34,632 bases of DNA from Octopus bimaculoides (taxonomy: Eukaryota). The stretch spans positions 51,864,221 through 51,898,852 of the forward strand of contig NC_068989.1 in NCBI RefSeq assembly GCF_001194135.2, given 5' to 3'. Positions 23,701-34,632 of the stretch are shown in pieces (position 1 is the stretch's first letter; the number at the start of each line of letters is the position of its first letter). The notes beneath the pieces were generated by a model. The model saw only the letters and a list, made by a program, of their open reading frames with translations. It was not told the origin of the DNA and did no database searches. The position numbers and the translations under genes are program-made.

Positions 23701-24879
23701 TGTCTCATTATAAGGATTTTTATATTTCCTAATTCCACCTCAAATCATTTATTTGTATTTGTATATATATATATATATATATATACTAGTTTTTACTAAA
23801 AGGCCATAACTCTACGCCTAATGTGCATTTTCTTTGTTTCATTTTACTTTTCCCCTATTTATACCACGTGTAGTCTTTTTTCTTTGAAACCTGTTTTTAT
23901 CATATATATATATATATATACACTTGATCCTGCACAATAATTTCCATGTACTAAATACACCAAAAATGCATTAGCGGATCGTCGCACTTGGAATGCATAC
24001 TTATCGTAAACCTTAATGCCACTCTCTGGAAACTGAGAGTGGCATTGGACAGTACGACCATAGATATGCGATGACCGAAATAAAACCTGCTGTTCATAGC
24101 TGGATTTGTTCATGATATTTCTCGGATTAACCAATCTGGGGTTAATCAGAAGCAAAAACAAAATGAAAGATGACACTTAATTACCAAACATTATATTTAT
24201 ATTTTCAATGAGTGACTGCAAGAGTTTCGTAGTAAACAACATTAATCCTAGAAACAAAATTATTACTGATTTTGTTATGGTTATTATCATTACACTTTAT
24301 TACGACCATTCCACAGATACGTTTACCAATAGCCTAGTTTACAATAACCAAGATAAACGTGGGTCAACAATCTGTACTTTTGAATAGCAGGTACGATCTA
24401 CCCTGGTGTCTTGAATGCCGTATATATGTGAATCAGGTTTCATTCCCAATGTATAGCCACTGCAAAGCAATAGAAGATGACTCTTACTCAAGATATCACA
24501 CAGCAGAACCAACCTGGGGCCTAGCGATACGAAAACCTCAACATGTTTACCATTACGAGTCTATTAACCCATACGTAGAGATGCGAATGAAGGCATATAC
24601 AAAATGGATACACATGTATGTGAACATAAAATTAGAATTGAAATCACGATACATGTGATATGCTTTAAAATTATATTCATATTTGTCTCTTGCCTTTCAT
24701 ATGACGAGTAAGTTTAGAAATATACTTATTATTGTAGGAATTGCAGCTTTATATTGAATTGAAGTAGTTTGTTATTAATACTTAAATTAGGGATCAGCCT
24801 TGTGAATAATGCAAAATAACTTACTCTGCTTGCATGAAAAGCATGAATCAAAAGTATTTATATTATTTACATTTGATGT

Positions 24880-24942
24880 CATCATGTTTGTTCGTAACAC
24901 AAAGTTTCGGCTGATATACCCTCCAGCCTTTATCAGGTGTCC
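24880..24942 (-). ncRNA. Hammerhead ribozyme core (G8 mutated)
   Basis: Minus strand: C-CTGATAA-A-GGCTG-GAGGGTATAT-CAGCC-GAAAC, with a perfect 5-bp stem II between a near-canonical CUGANGA and GAAAC. Stems I and III are not resolved in this copy. Confidence 0.65.
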
Positions 24943-25002
24943 TGGAAAAATTTCGAACCTGGGTTCTCATTCCTAAAGTAGTTTCCGATGTTATTATTAT
25001 TC

Positions 25003-25075
25003 AGCTTACTACCTAGAATCGAAATCGGATTCTTGAGATTAGTAGCCCACGCTCTTAAACACTACGCCATATGCC
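25003..25075 (-). promoter_or_regulatory. tRNA-like segment with internal Pol III A and B boxes
   Basis: GGGCATATGGCGTAGTGTTTAAGAGCGTGGGCTACTAATCTCAAGAATCCGATTTCGATTCTAGG: A-box TGGCGTAGTG, anticodon-arm-like GGGCTACTAATCT and B-box-like GATTTCGATTC. It is followed by (AAT)n and is not a functional tRNA. Confidence 0.7.
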
Positions 25076-25105
25076 CGCGGGCAGAGATAGGGTGAATTTT
25101 AGGGC

Positions 25106-25820
25106 TTATAAATGTAATATTTTCTTATCCATCCTTAATACTGGTTCACATATGCTACTCATATCTGAACTCAGTCTGCTAAGAAGGTTGTTGTGTCCAA
25201 GTATATGTGCTGCCTATTTTTGTTTTCGTGTTTTCCAGCGGTGTTCTCTGTCTATTATTTTAACTTTATCCCACAGGTGGATGGGGTCTCCATCTTTCCA
25301 TACATGATCAACTATACTCGATTTATCAACATCTCCCCGTGTCACAGCTTTGCGATGTTCCTCTACCTTTATTTGGAGGGGCAGACATGGTTCCCCTTTG
25401 TATAACATACCACAGCTGCATGGGATGGAATACACGCAGTTGTTGGTCATATTCTATTCTATTGGTGGTTTTACTCGAAGGAGAAATTTGGGAAGTGTTG
25501 TATTGCGCTTGAAAACTGTCCTGATGTTATATGGGCCGCATAGCTTTTGTATCTTTTCGGTGAGGCCTTTCACATAGCGTAGACAGACTGAGGACAATTT
25601 ATTGGTTTCATCCTCTCTTTACTTCATAATTGGAGTGGACACTATCTTTTTGGGGTAGTTGTTGCTTAATAGATTGTTATTGAGCATGATCATTTCTTCG
25701 TGGTGTGTCTCACGATCGCTGCTTATAATCTTTGCTCGATGTCTTAGGCACTGAACAATCCTTCTCTTTACAATGTATGGATGGTGGGAAATAAAGTTGA
25801 GGTATAGTCCAGTAAATATT
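25106..25820 (-). mobile_element. Penelope-like element (Penelope/Poseidon-type), RT thumb + GIY-YIG endonuclease pseudo-ORF
   Basis: One frame with three internal stops: FTGLYLNFISHHPYIVKRRIVQCLRHRAK...NNYP...VCLRYVKGLTEKIQKLCGPYNIRTVFK...NNCVYSIPCSCGMLYKGE...VEEHRKAV...SSIVDHVW...KVKIIDRE...*AAHIL, ending at the stop 25106-25108. Confidence 0.93.
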
Positions 25821-26091
25821 TTTAAAAATACAAGACAATTTTGAGTGATAGCTAGTTACATCAGTCTATGTAAACCTCCTGCTGCCTTATGTATGCCTAC
25901 TCAGCCCTTCTCAACTTTATCCTTCTACTTATCTAGAAACTCTTGTTGCGTGTGTGTTTGTGCTTGAAGGTCGGGTGTATGTGAAAGAATGTGTTTGTAA
26001 GCGAGTGTGGTCCACGCAACTTTTATCGCTTCTAAAACACCCTTGCACGACATGTGATTTTCAGTGTTTCTTAGTAGATCTTAATTTCTTA

Positions 26092-26295
26092 CGAGGGGGT
26101 GCTGAAAAGGTCCTGGCTTTGGGTAACAGAAAATACAAGAGGATCAGTTAATTGTTATTTCAGTCAACATATTCCTCTCACAGAGTTATGCATTTAGCGG
26201 TCCTTCAATTTCTCTGTAAGAGAGCTCGGAAGATCGGGCCTTCAAGCAGGCCTTTCGCGACACCCCTAAAGTCAGTAACTTCTAGTACTCCCTCC
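26092..26295. mobile_element. Tc1/mariner-type MITE (~204 bp) with TA target-site duplication
   Basis: Left end TA|CGAGGGGGTGCTGAAAAGGTCCTGGCTTT; right end reverse complement TA|GGAGGGAGTACTAGAAGTTACTGACTTT. These are imperfect ~30-bp TIRs with TA on both sides, and there is no ORF. Confidence 0.8.
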
Positions 26296-27015
26296 TATAT
26301 TAACTCCGTCTATTTCTATCTTCACTCCCACCTCTCTCTCTACCAGCCTAAGCGTTCGTAGTGAAATTAACCAAGTAACATTGATATTGGCTGTTATTGC
26401 ATTGAGATAACGTTACAAAGATAACGTTACAAATGATATAAATTGAAACATTAAAATAAAATAAAATACACAATATAGTATTTTGTCATATAACTAAATG
26501 TAGTTGTACAAACTACATGCTATACATATTGAGAAATGTATCAGTTGATATGAGTAAGTAATGACACGGTTATGAAGAAACAACAACTGAAAGTGTGGGA
26601 ATTCTGGCTTCTGGTGGAATAATAGGTACGATACGCGGAGGAAATAGACATGAGAAGTATAATGGGAAGATCGAGAAAGAATGAAAAGATATATCGGCAT
26701 GAAAAATGGAAAAGTTGTACAGCAAGTAATCGGAGTTCAGTTGACCACACTTCCACTTATTCCAATATCTGCTAATATTAGGTAAACTTACGCCAATTAC
26801 TGATTTCTCAAACTGCTTTATTAATTTCAACAAATTTCTCATTTGTTTACTTGCAACAAACAGCACATTTATGCTTTCACTCAAAATAAACAATTCTGAT
26901 AACAATTTATAAAAGACCTATACGTTTATAGGACTATGAACACAAGAAAAATAATGTTCCTGTCACTACCTGGAATATGACAGGTAACACTCATTTGAGT
27001 AGTTTAAGACTTACT

Positions 27016-27834
27016 TCAAGAGCAGGAGTCGAAAACGAATAAATTTCCTTTTTCATACCTAATCCTAATGAATTGTAGGTACTTGGCATTAAAAAACTCA
27101 ATAACAGATAGAAAGATGTCCCAGAGACAAACAATGACTATATTAGAGATAAAATGCATCAGATATAGGTTTTTAACATGACTGCTATTTGCTGTGACCA
27201 GAGGCATAGGGTGAAATAATGCAAAGGTATCTGAATTGGGATGTTGGAAGGAGAATAAACCCATTGAAATTACAAGAGGAAGAGTAATCATTTGGAGATG
27301 GTTATTCAAATTGTTTCAATTTTTTGTCTTCCAGTGATTATAAAGGAGGAACATTTATTTCTTATATGTAGGATTGTAATATATATTACTGGTGTTAAGA
27401 GAAATGTAAGAATACATATCGAATTATGATAGAAAAGCATTAGCTGTGCTAGTCCTACATAGGTGACAACAATTAGATAAGAAAACATGAATTATTAGAA
27501 GAAGATAAAATATAGCACAATGTAGTTGGAGTATTTTAATAACTGCAGAATATTTGCGTCGCGTATATTATGTATCATCATACACGTGTATATTACATAA
27601 ATCTTTTCTAATAGTTTATTATTTTCCATATTCTCTAGTGAATAAGAAATGTATAAAAACATAGAAAATGAAAGAAGTTAAGCTTTTCGTCATATGCGTG
27701 ATTATGAATCTACACGATAAAAGTATTAAAAAAATATTACGAATCAAGGGAAGAACGTTTCTCAGCGACGCAAATTTTATCGTCGACGCCGTACGGAAAC
27801 AAAATAACTCACTGTAAACGTATATAATTAGCAA
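27016..27834 (-). pseudogene. Possible decayed intronless class A (rhodopsin-like, peptide-type) GPCR
   Basis: Hydrophobic blocks are in plausible TM order: RNIFLILLSC (TM2-like), DLCNIH (ECL1 Cys), HCAIFYLL (after TM3), ILTFLLTPVIYITIL (TM5-like, shifted frame), QMITLPLVISMGLFSFQHP (TM6-like), LYLMHFISNIVIVC (TM7-like). There are multiple stops and frameshifts, no intact DRY or NPxxY motif, and T-rich composition can mimic TM segments. Confidence 0.33.
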
Positions 27835-29325
27835 TGTTTCAATGAAAGATTCTTCTTAGGAAGATGGGTTGTGTGTGTGTGTGGGGGGTATGTCTGTTTG
27901 AATGTGTATGTGCGTGTGTGAATGTGTGGGCTTGTGCTTGTGAGTATTATGTGCGAAGGTATGCGTGCGGTGATGTGTCTGCACATGTGTGAGTCTGAAA
28001 ATATACCTGTATATATATANNNNNNNNNNNNNNNNNNNNNNNNNNNNNNNNNNNNNNNNNNNNNNNNNNNNNNNNNNNNNNNNNNNNNNNNNNNNNNNNN
28101 NNNNNNNNNNNNNNNNNNNNNNNNNNNNNNNNNNNNNNNNNNNNNNNNNNNNNNNNNNNNNNNNNNNNNNNNNNNNNNNNNNNNNNNNNNNNNNNNNNNN
28201 NNNNNNNNNNNNNNNNNNNNNNNNNNNNNNNNNNNNNNNNNNNNNNNNNNNNNNNNNNNNNNNNNNNNNNNNNNNNNNNNNNNNNNNNNNNNNNNNNNNN
28301 NNNNNNNNNNNNNNNNNNNNNNNNNNNNNNNNNNNNNNNNNNNNNNNNNNNNNNNNNNNNNNNNNNNNNNNNNNNNNNNNNNNNNNNNNNNNNNNNNNNN
28401 NNNNNNNNNNNNNNNNNNNNNNNNNNNNNNNNNNNNNNNNNNNNNNNNNNNNNNNNNNNNNNNNNNNNNNNNNNNNNNNNNNNNNNNNNNNNNNNNNNNN
28501 NNNNNNNNNNNNNNNNNNNNNNNNNNNNNNNNNNNNNNNNNNNNATAGTCGTTTATTTTATATTGATGTTTTTAATATTATTCTATAAAAAAAATACAGT
28601 CAATCTTCTTCAAGAAACAGCTGACTCTGTCGCTATTTTCCTATTTATAATTTATAAATATGTCGCTAATATATATAATTTTTAATAGAAATATATATGA
28701 GACATATAAATAAATTCTTCGGATACAATAAGTTTTTTTTTTTACATAAAATGTATTTGAAAATATTTTTTAGGGTATGTTTCAGAGTTTTACATCGTTT
28801 CATTTTCCAGTTTTCGTGATTCATTATCCATTTCTTCATATAAGCAGATATAATTTTGTTACTCAACTATAGGCATTGATAGTTGTTGACAATCTTCACA
28901 AATAGAGAGAACAATGCAGACATTTATAGATGGAACATATATAAATCGTACGATTTATACACTCAAATATCATATGATTTATTTTTGTGTTTCCCTGTTT
29001 CATACATAGAAAATTATGTTAGGTAGTGCACAAAAGAGATAGAGACAAAATTGAGAAAACTATTTGTGTAATTGCTCACCTATCTAAGCAGGGATAAAAT
29101 ACTGCATAATGTATAAGGTGATTTCTAGAAAATCGTTACATTAAATTTTACAAACGTACATTCTTGTGAGTGGGTGTTATGCTTAAAACTTTCACATCCG
29201 CGAGATATTAGCTAGTAGAAACGGTAATTGTTTGAGCATCATTATCTCGTTACTATTATTTTCGTTTTTGTGTTACTATCTGCCTAGGATCTCTGAAACT
29301 AGTGACATCTATGTGTATGATAGCT

Positions 29326-29377
29326 GAAAAATATAAAATCATAGAAAATATAAAATCATAGAAAATATAAGATCATA
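29326..29377 (+). repeat. 17-bp tandem repeat x3 (GAAAATATAAAATCATA)
   Basis: Seen directly. Confidence 0.9.
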
Positions 29378-29859
29378 GAAATGAAAACAGAGCGGAAAAT
29401 ATTTGATGAGGATCGTAACAGTGTAGTACCTCAAGCCATGGTGAGGCATAAAATTCATGGCAAAATGATTGGAGAAGATTGATCTAGTACTCGAATGAAT
29501 TTGGCTACAGTTCAGCCCTCTTCCAGTTCTACACATATATTATTACAAATAAAACAAGAAATAAGAGAACCATTATGCTGTCGAGATATGTCATTGATTC
29601 TGGAGAATTATTTTGAAGGAATACTTCATAAGTCCATAGTTATGATACATTCAATGATTCCAATATCTGTGTGAATATGTATTTATGCGTGTGTATGTGT
29701 TTATATATGTATATTTTTTTTATATTTATAAGTATGTGTGTATATACTAATATAATTACATGTTCATATATATATATATGAGAAACACTCATATTAGTTG
29801 TGAACCTTAGAAATACAAATACTTTGTTCGTAGTCACCCAAAATCCTAGAATCCACAAC

Positions 29860-30245
29860 ATCCTGCACCCAGCCAGATGTTACCCCCTGATTCTACAACA
29901 GTCACCAAATTTGCAACGAATAATCAAAAAGATCCAAAATTGTCAACAGTCGAAGACAACCATCTAATCTCAAGAGACTCCTAACAAAAGTGAGATTCAC
30001 ATTTGAAAAAGAAACGATGAAAGTAACTAACTGTGGAGATCCTGTTGTGATATATACAAATTAATTGAGCAATGGACAACCAAAAGTCTCAAGAATGGGA
30101 ATGAAGGAAAAGTGAATGCAAACATGAACTGCAAAACTACAACAACAAAAACAGAAACTCATCTGCTGCATTACATGCCTACAATGCAATGAGAACTACA
30201 TTGGGGAGACAGGAAGGAAACTAGCCAGCTGTGCAAATGTGCAAT

Positions 30246-30247
<2 letters not shown>
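29860..30247 (+). mobile_element. Penelope-like element fragment (Neptune-type GIY-YIG), second family
   Basis: With frameshifts it reads VNSRRQPSNLKRLLTKVRF...KVTNCGDP...KVNANMNCKT...LICCITCLQCNENYIGETGRKLA. It is truncated by an (AG)n tract at 30248. Confidence 0.85.
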
Positions 30248-30296
<49 letters not shown>

Positions 30297-31239
30297 ATAT
30301 GAGGGGTTTGGCTCACTTGTGATCTAAAAGAGTACTGACGCTGGGTAAATGCTATAGTTAGTCAACCATTAGGTTCCAAGATCACAGCTAAGGCTGGATC
30401 TAATGATCCGTATTAGAATTCTGTAATAGCATGGATATATTATGTTAGAGGAAAAATCGAAACCAAGGCAGAACGAGTATTTCAAGTCATTTAGAATAAT
30501 TTTATTATGGGAAGGTGAATTTCATCTGTTTCTGAGATAACCAAAAGGGTTTGGTCAGCATATCCGTGCACTGTGTATTCCGTCATATGAGACAAGGTAT
30601 GAATATTCTAGATGGGGAAAATTTACAGTTTATAAGGAATAAAATAGAAGAACAAAGAGTAAAAGTAGTTAGAAGAATATAGGTAGGAGAATAATGTTCA
30701 GAAATCATCTTTTTTCCAAAGAATATGCATATTAGTCTGTACTTCCAGGAACGTACAAGTTTTATTCTTATTGCAAGTTTCCATTTGAATAGTTATTTTT
30801 TTCAAATCTATAATGGAAGTGACAAAGGAGCATATTCGGCATATTTTGGTTTCTGAATTCAACAAAGACAACAATGCAATTATATTCAAATATGTATGTG
30901 TGTGATCGCGCGGGCGCGCGTGTGTGCGAGAGTTTATGAACATGCAAAGATAGGCAGGTAGATAGATAGAGAGATAGACAGATAGATAAATAGAGAGAGA
31001 ATGTGTGTGTCTCTCTCTTACTTCGGTTTCTCTGTATTCCCGATCTATGCCCGATGAGTTGAACTCCATTCTCAATAAATTTGCCAACAAGATGTGGAGA
31101 AGTATCGTACGCTACACATACAAAAAACTTTTTTTTACAAGGAAAATAGTAAATAACAGACGAGATGCGGTTTGAAATATCACATGAGGAGGCTCATCTT
31201 TACCTACGATGCATCAGAATTGTTTGTGTAGTATCTCAC

Positions 31240-31285
31240 CTGGCTGGTATCGGCGAATGATTTTTTCAAAGCGATCGTAATGGTC
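31240..31285 (-). CDS. Candidate 46-nt internal exon of an unidentified host gene
   Basis: Acceptor ATTTTATTCAG and donor CAG|GTGAGA. It is open as DHYDRFEKIIRRYQP or as TITIALKKSFADTSQ. No homology recognised. Confidence 0.25.
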
Positions 31286-31475
31286 CTGAATAAAATTCTT
31301 GCGAATTCCATTTTTTCTCTCATAATTTCTAAACTCAATGGACAGATAAGAATTCTTAATAAATAATCTAGTAGCATATAACTCCACATTGTTGCTGACA
31401 TCAGGTAGATGAATGCTGTGAACCAACTTTAAGCAAGACACTACAAGGTCAATATAAAATTATATTATATTCATA

Positions 31476-31529
<54 letters not shown>

Positions 31530-32469
31530 AGTGTATGAATATACAAAGATAGGTAGGTAGATAGATAGATAGAGAGATAGACAGATAGATAAATAAAGAG
31601 AGAAAGGAGGGAGAAAGAGAGAGAACAGTAACTTTGCGGGCATCAATGAATGAATCCCTTCTTCCGAAAATAAATAAAAGAATAAACGATAAGATTTAGC
31701 ATTTTATACAATAAAATTCGTCTCCAAGTAGAAAAATGCGCAAATATACTGCAGTAAAAATTGGAATTATACAAATATATGAATATATGAATTTTGTATG
31801 TTAAATTAAATGCAATTTTAAAATGGATGAAACTCCCAAGCGTTAACTGAAAATATAACGTTATAAAGAATTTCTTGACACATTTGGATTTAAAATGCAA
31901 TTTATGACACAAATAGAAATTACTTGACAAAAATATGTACATGCATGCACGAAATAGATAAATAATACACAGAATAATTTTAAATTCTGAAGATGGGTTA
32001 GGGTACAATCCAGGTAAGATATATTTTATTGAGATGCATTCTCGCCATGGGTTGCAAGAAGGGATCTGAAGCTGACTACTGCAGATTGGGCACAATGTAT
32101 CGCAATATACAGCAATGCATACCTGTTCAACTGATATATTACAGTTCCACATGACCATATGCAGCTGTATATTTACGTCTGAACTAATCTATTTTGACGC
32201 TTTGAAGATTTCACTGAATCAAAGTAAAATGTTCCTTTAACTAGAAAAGTTATAGAAACAAATGCAATAGGATGTAACAATGAATTCTTATTTTAACGCT
32301 TGTATTGGAGAAAAAAACAAAACAAGTGATCATAGCAGAAATGTGAGTGCGTTTTCTTTTCAGTCTACTAAATTGGCTTCGTTTTATCAATCTTTCCTCC
32401 AGAAAGATAACTATAAACGTGTACAGTGGATTATATGTAGACGGGACATAGGGATTATATCAATTTAAT

Positions 32470-32950
32470 GATAAGATACGACTCTGAGCTCTAGAACGAA
32501 GACGGGAAATATATGCAGTGATATACATCTGGAAAATCTTGTTAAGACTTGAACCAAACTTTGACGTTGAATCTTACTAAAACAGCAGAACAGGACGCCA
32601 CTGCATAATGTTAAACAACCGAATGTCACCATCAAGATAAAGGACCAGGTAGTGCAATGATTGGATTTCAAGTATTCACAAAGCACCTGAGTGACTTACA
32701 TATGGTGGAAGTATATATCTCCACACAAAATAAATAAATAAATAAATAAATAAATGGATTTCCTCCTGTCAAGAATTACAAATGGATTTACCTGGCGGTA
32801 GGAAACGCAGATGAGGGCAGCAGTTTCAATCTCTCTCATTCGACAAATGACGCATATCAATGGAAATTTCCGGTAATAAATGTGTAGCAAAACTAACGGT
32901 GGCGCCCCTGTATGACCGTAACTCTTGAGTGGGAACTTCTAAAAGAGTAA
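32470..32950 (+). mobile_element. CR1/Jockey-group LINE 3' end (RT C-terminal extension + 3' UTR), decayed
   Basis: ALERRREIYAVIYIWKILLRLEPNFDVESY*NSRTGRHCI (LERRR...YIWKIL motif), then QMRAAVS and a 3' UTR ending TAAAAGAGTAA. An (AAAT)n insertion lies at about 32727-32755. Confidence 0.75.
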
Positions 32951-33613
32951 TGTTTTTTTCTTTATACATGTGTATTTGTGTTTGTGTGTATGTGTTTGTA
33001 TATGTGTAAGTGTTTGTATATATATATCCGTGTGCGTGAATAAAGATATTTTCAGAACGTTGTTTGAGGTTTTTTGACGTAACCACATCCCATTTGCTTA
33101 TATAATTATCTCTCTAACTCTCTGCATTTTACATAATCTCTCTTTCCCTCTGAGTCCATTTTTTGTTAGCGTCTCACTTCCTACAGGCAGTCATGTATAA
33201 GATATTTAAATAAATATATTTTCTGTATGTATATGGATAGTATTTACATAGTCGTCCGTTATGCTCCTATATATATATATATATATATATATATNNNNNN
33301 NNNNNNNNNNNNNNNNNNNNNNNNNNNNNNNNNNNNNNNNNNNNNNNNNNNNNNNNNNNNNNNNNNNNNNNNNNNNNNNNNNNNNNNNNNNNNNNNNNNN
33401 NNNNNNNNNNNNNNNNNNNTTTATTGTCGTCTTACAGTTAGAATTTGACTGCTATTTTTTCAGTGTGGCGGTATCTCTTAGATACCCTGTATTATAATTT
33501 AAAATAATTATTAACTTTGATGGTTTTTATTCCTATGCTCGCCACTTGATAAGATCAATATTTTAAATATCGATCTCATCCTGTTATATATATATATATA
33601 TATACATATAATG

Positions 33614-34112
33614 GGACAAAAACGCAATAGAGGACAATAAAACATTCGGAGAGAAAGACGATACAAAGGTGAACAGGAGAAACAACAACTAGAAAGAGAG
33701 GCAAAAAAAGAAACGGGTCATTCGTGGCCTTCTTTCTTATGTCAAGTACACCAGAAGTCTTTACTGTTTCGGGCAGTTACACTTGAGAGAGTTCGATCTT
33801 GTTGCACACCCCAAACCTCGCCACCCAAAAGTCTAAGCTAAGAGCATTAGACTTTTTTGTAAGAAAGCTAGCGAATGTGTACGGCAACAAAGGCAAAAAG
33901 GCGGATAACATGGTGCACAATTACAATTACAAACAACAAGAATATAACAACAATTGTCTTTCGACTGAGAACGAATCAAATTGAGCTGGCGTGTACGAAG
34001 TGAAAGCCTCAAGGCAAGAATATAAGAGATGGACATAGGAGATGTTGGCCGTCGGCAGTCAGGCCAAGAAAGAATGATTATGGCTGGCCGGACACCGGTC
34101 ACATAGAAGGAG
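33614..34112 (-). mobile_element. Penelope-like element 3' end and pseudo-LTR
   Basis: The minus strand reads LTSFYVTGVR...LRLSLRTRQLNL, resembling a PLE GIY-YIG C-terminus (V.G...I..L.T..P.GLN). It is followed by a non-coding module homologous to 8264-8745. Confidence 0.55.
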
Positions 34113-34311
34113 GTGAGAGGGGGCAGCGGGAAAAAGTGGGAGTTAAGGAAAGAGAGGGCCAAGAAATGTGAGAAAGAAAGAGGGAGGGAGAAAGAGAAAA
34201 GAGAAAGAAAGTATGAGGGTGACTAAAAGATAGAGTAAGATGCATACTTACTATAAGGTGAGCACAACTGTGTACGTACGCCGCTTTATTTATATATAAA
34301 TATAAGAAAAA

Positions 34312-34498
34312 GGAACAAAAACACAATAGAGGACAATAAAACATTCGGACAGATAGACGATACAAAGGAAGACAGGAGAAACAGTAATTAGAAGGACAGG
34401 CAAAAAAGACATGGGTCATTCGTGGCTTTCTTTCCTCAGTCAAGTATACCGGACGTCTTTACTGTTTCGGGCAGTTACACTTGAGACAGTTCGATCTA
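34312..34498 (-). repeat. Second partial copy of the pseudo-LTR module (direct repeat of 33614-33800)
   Basis: Near-identical blocks include CAATAGAGGACAATAAAACATTCGGA, GGGTCATTCGTGGC, GTCTTTACTGTTTCGGGCAGTTACACTTGAGA and GTTCGATCT. Confidence 0.9.
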
Positions 34499-34570
34499 GT
34501 TTGTGTGAGCGTCTCTCTCTCTGTCCCTCCCTCTCTCTCTCTCCCTCCGTCTCTCTCTCTCCCTCCCTCC

Positions 34571-34606
<36 letters not shown>

Positions 34607-34632
34607 GTATATATATATATATATATATATAT

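Noticed and set aside
25003-25075. tRNA gene
   Set aside because: The acceptor and T stems do not pair properly, there is no oligo-T terminator, and it is embedded in a repeat, so it is treated as a tRNA-derived head.
26790-27139. Two-exon minus-strand model (…STPALE|VFYKLLSELF…KSVIG)
   Set aside because: It conflicts with the GPCR-like reading of the same bases, the acceptors are weak, and several frames are open because of T-richness.
31995-32003. GGGTTAGGG telomere-like motif and nearby plus-strand donor CAG|GTAAGA
   Set aside because: It is a single unit, not an array, and the upstream acceptor is poor.

Overview
This is AT-rich, microsatellite-dense eukaryotic DNA with six N-gaps, and no prokaryotic features (operons, CRISPR, rRNA) are present. 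The SINE and other repeat families look like those of a coleoid cephalopod, probably Octopus; this is recognition from memory, not a database result. No intact protein-coding gene is recognisable, and nearly all supplied ORFs are simple-repeat or composition artefacts. The window is mostly decayed mobile elements. (i) A head-to-tail train of three distinct R4/Dong-type restriction-like-endonuclease (RLE) non-LTR retrotransposon 3' ends plus one non-coding passenger, joined at (AAT)n-type tracts (1-2640). (ii) Five Penelope-like element (PLE) relics, several with degenerate hammerhead-ribozyme motifs. (iii) A HERO-like RLE relic, a CR1/Jockey-group LINE 3' end, two tRNA-derived SINE families and a mariner-type MITE. 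The most unusual feature is a PLE whose GIY-YIG ORF runs directly into a tRNA-like Pol III promoter, an (AAT)n spacer and a hammerhead core (24870-25820, minus). A possible decayed class A GPCR (27016-27834, minus) and a few splice-consistent exon candidates are reported at low confidence.
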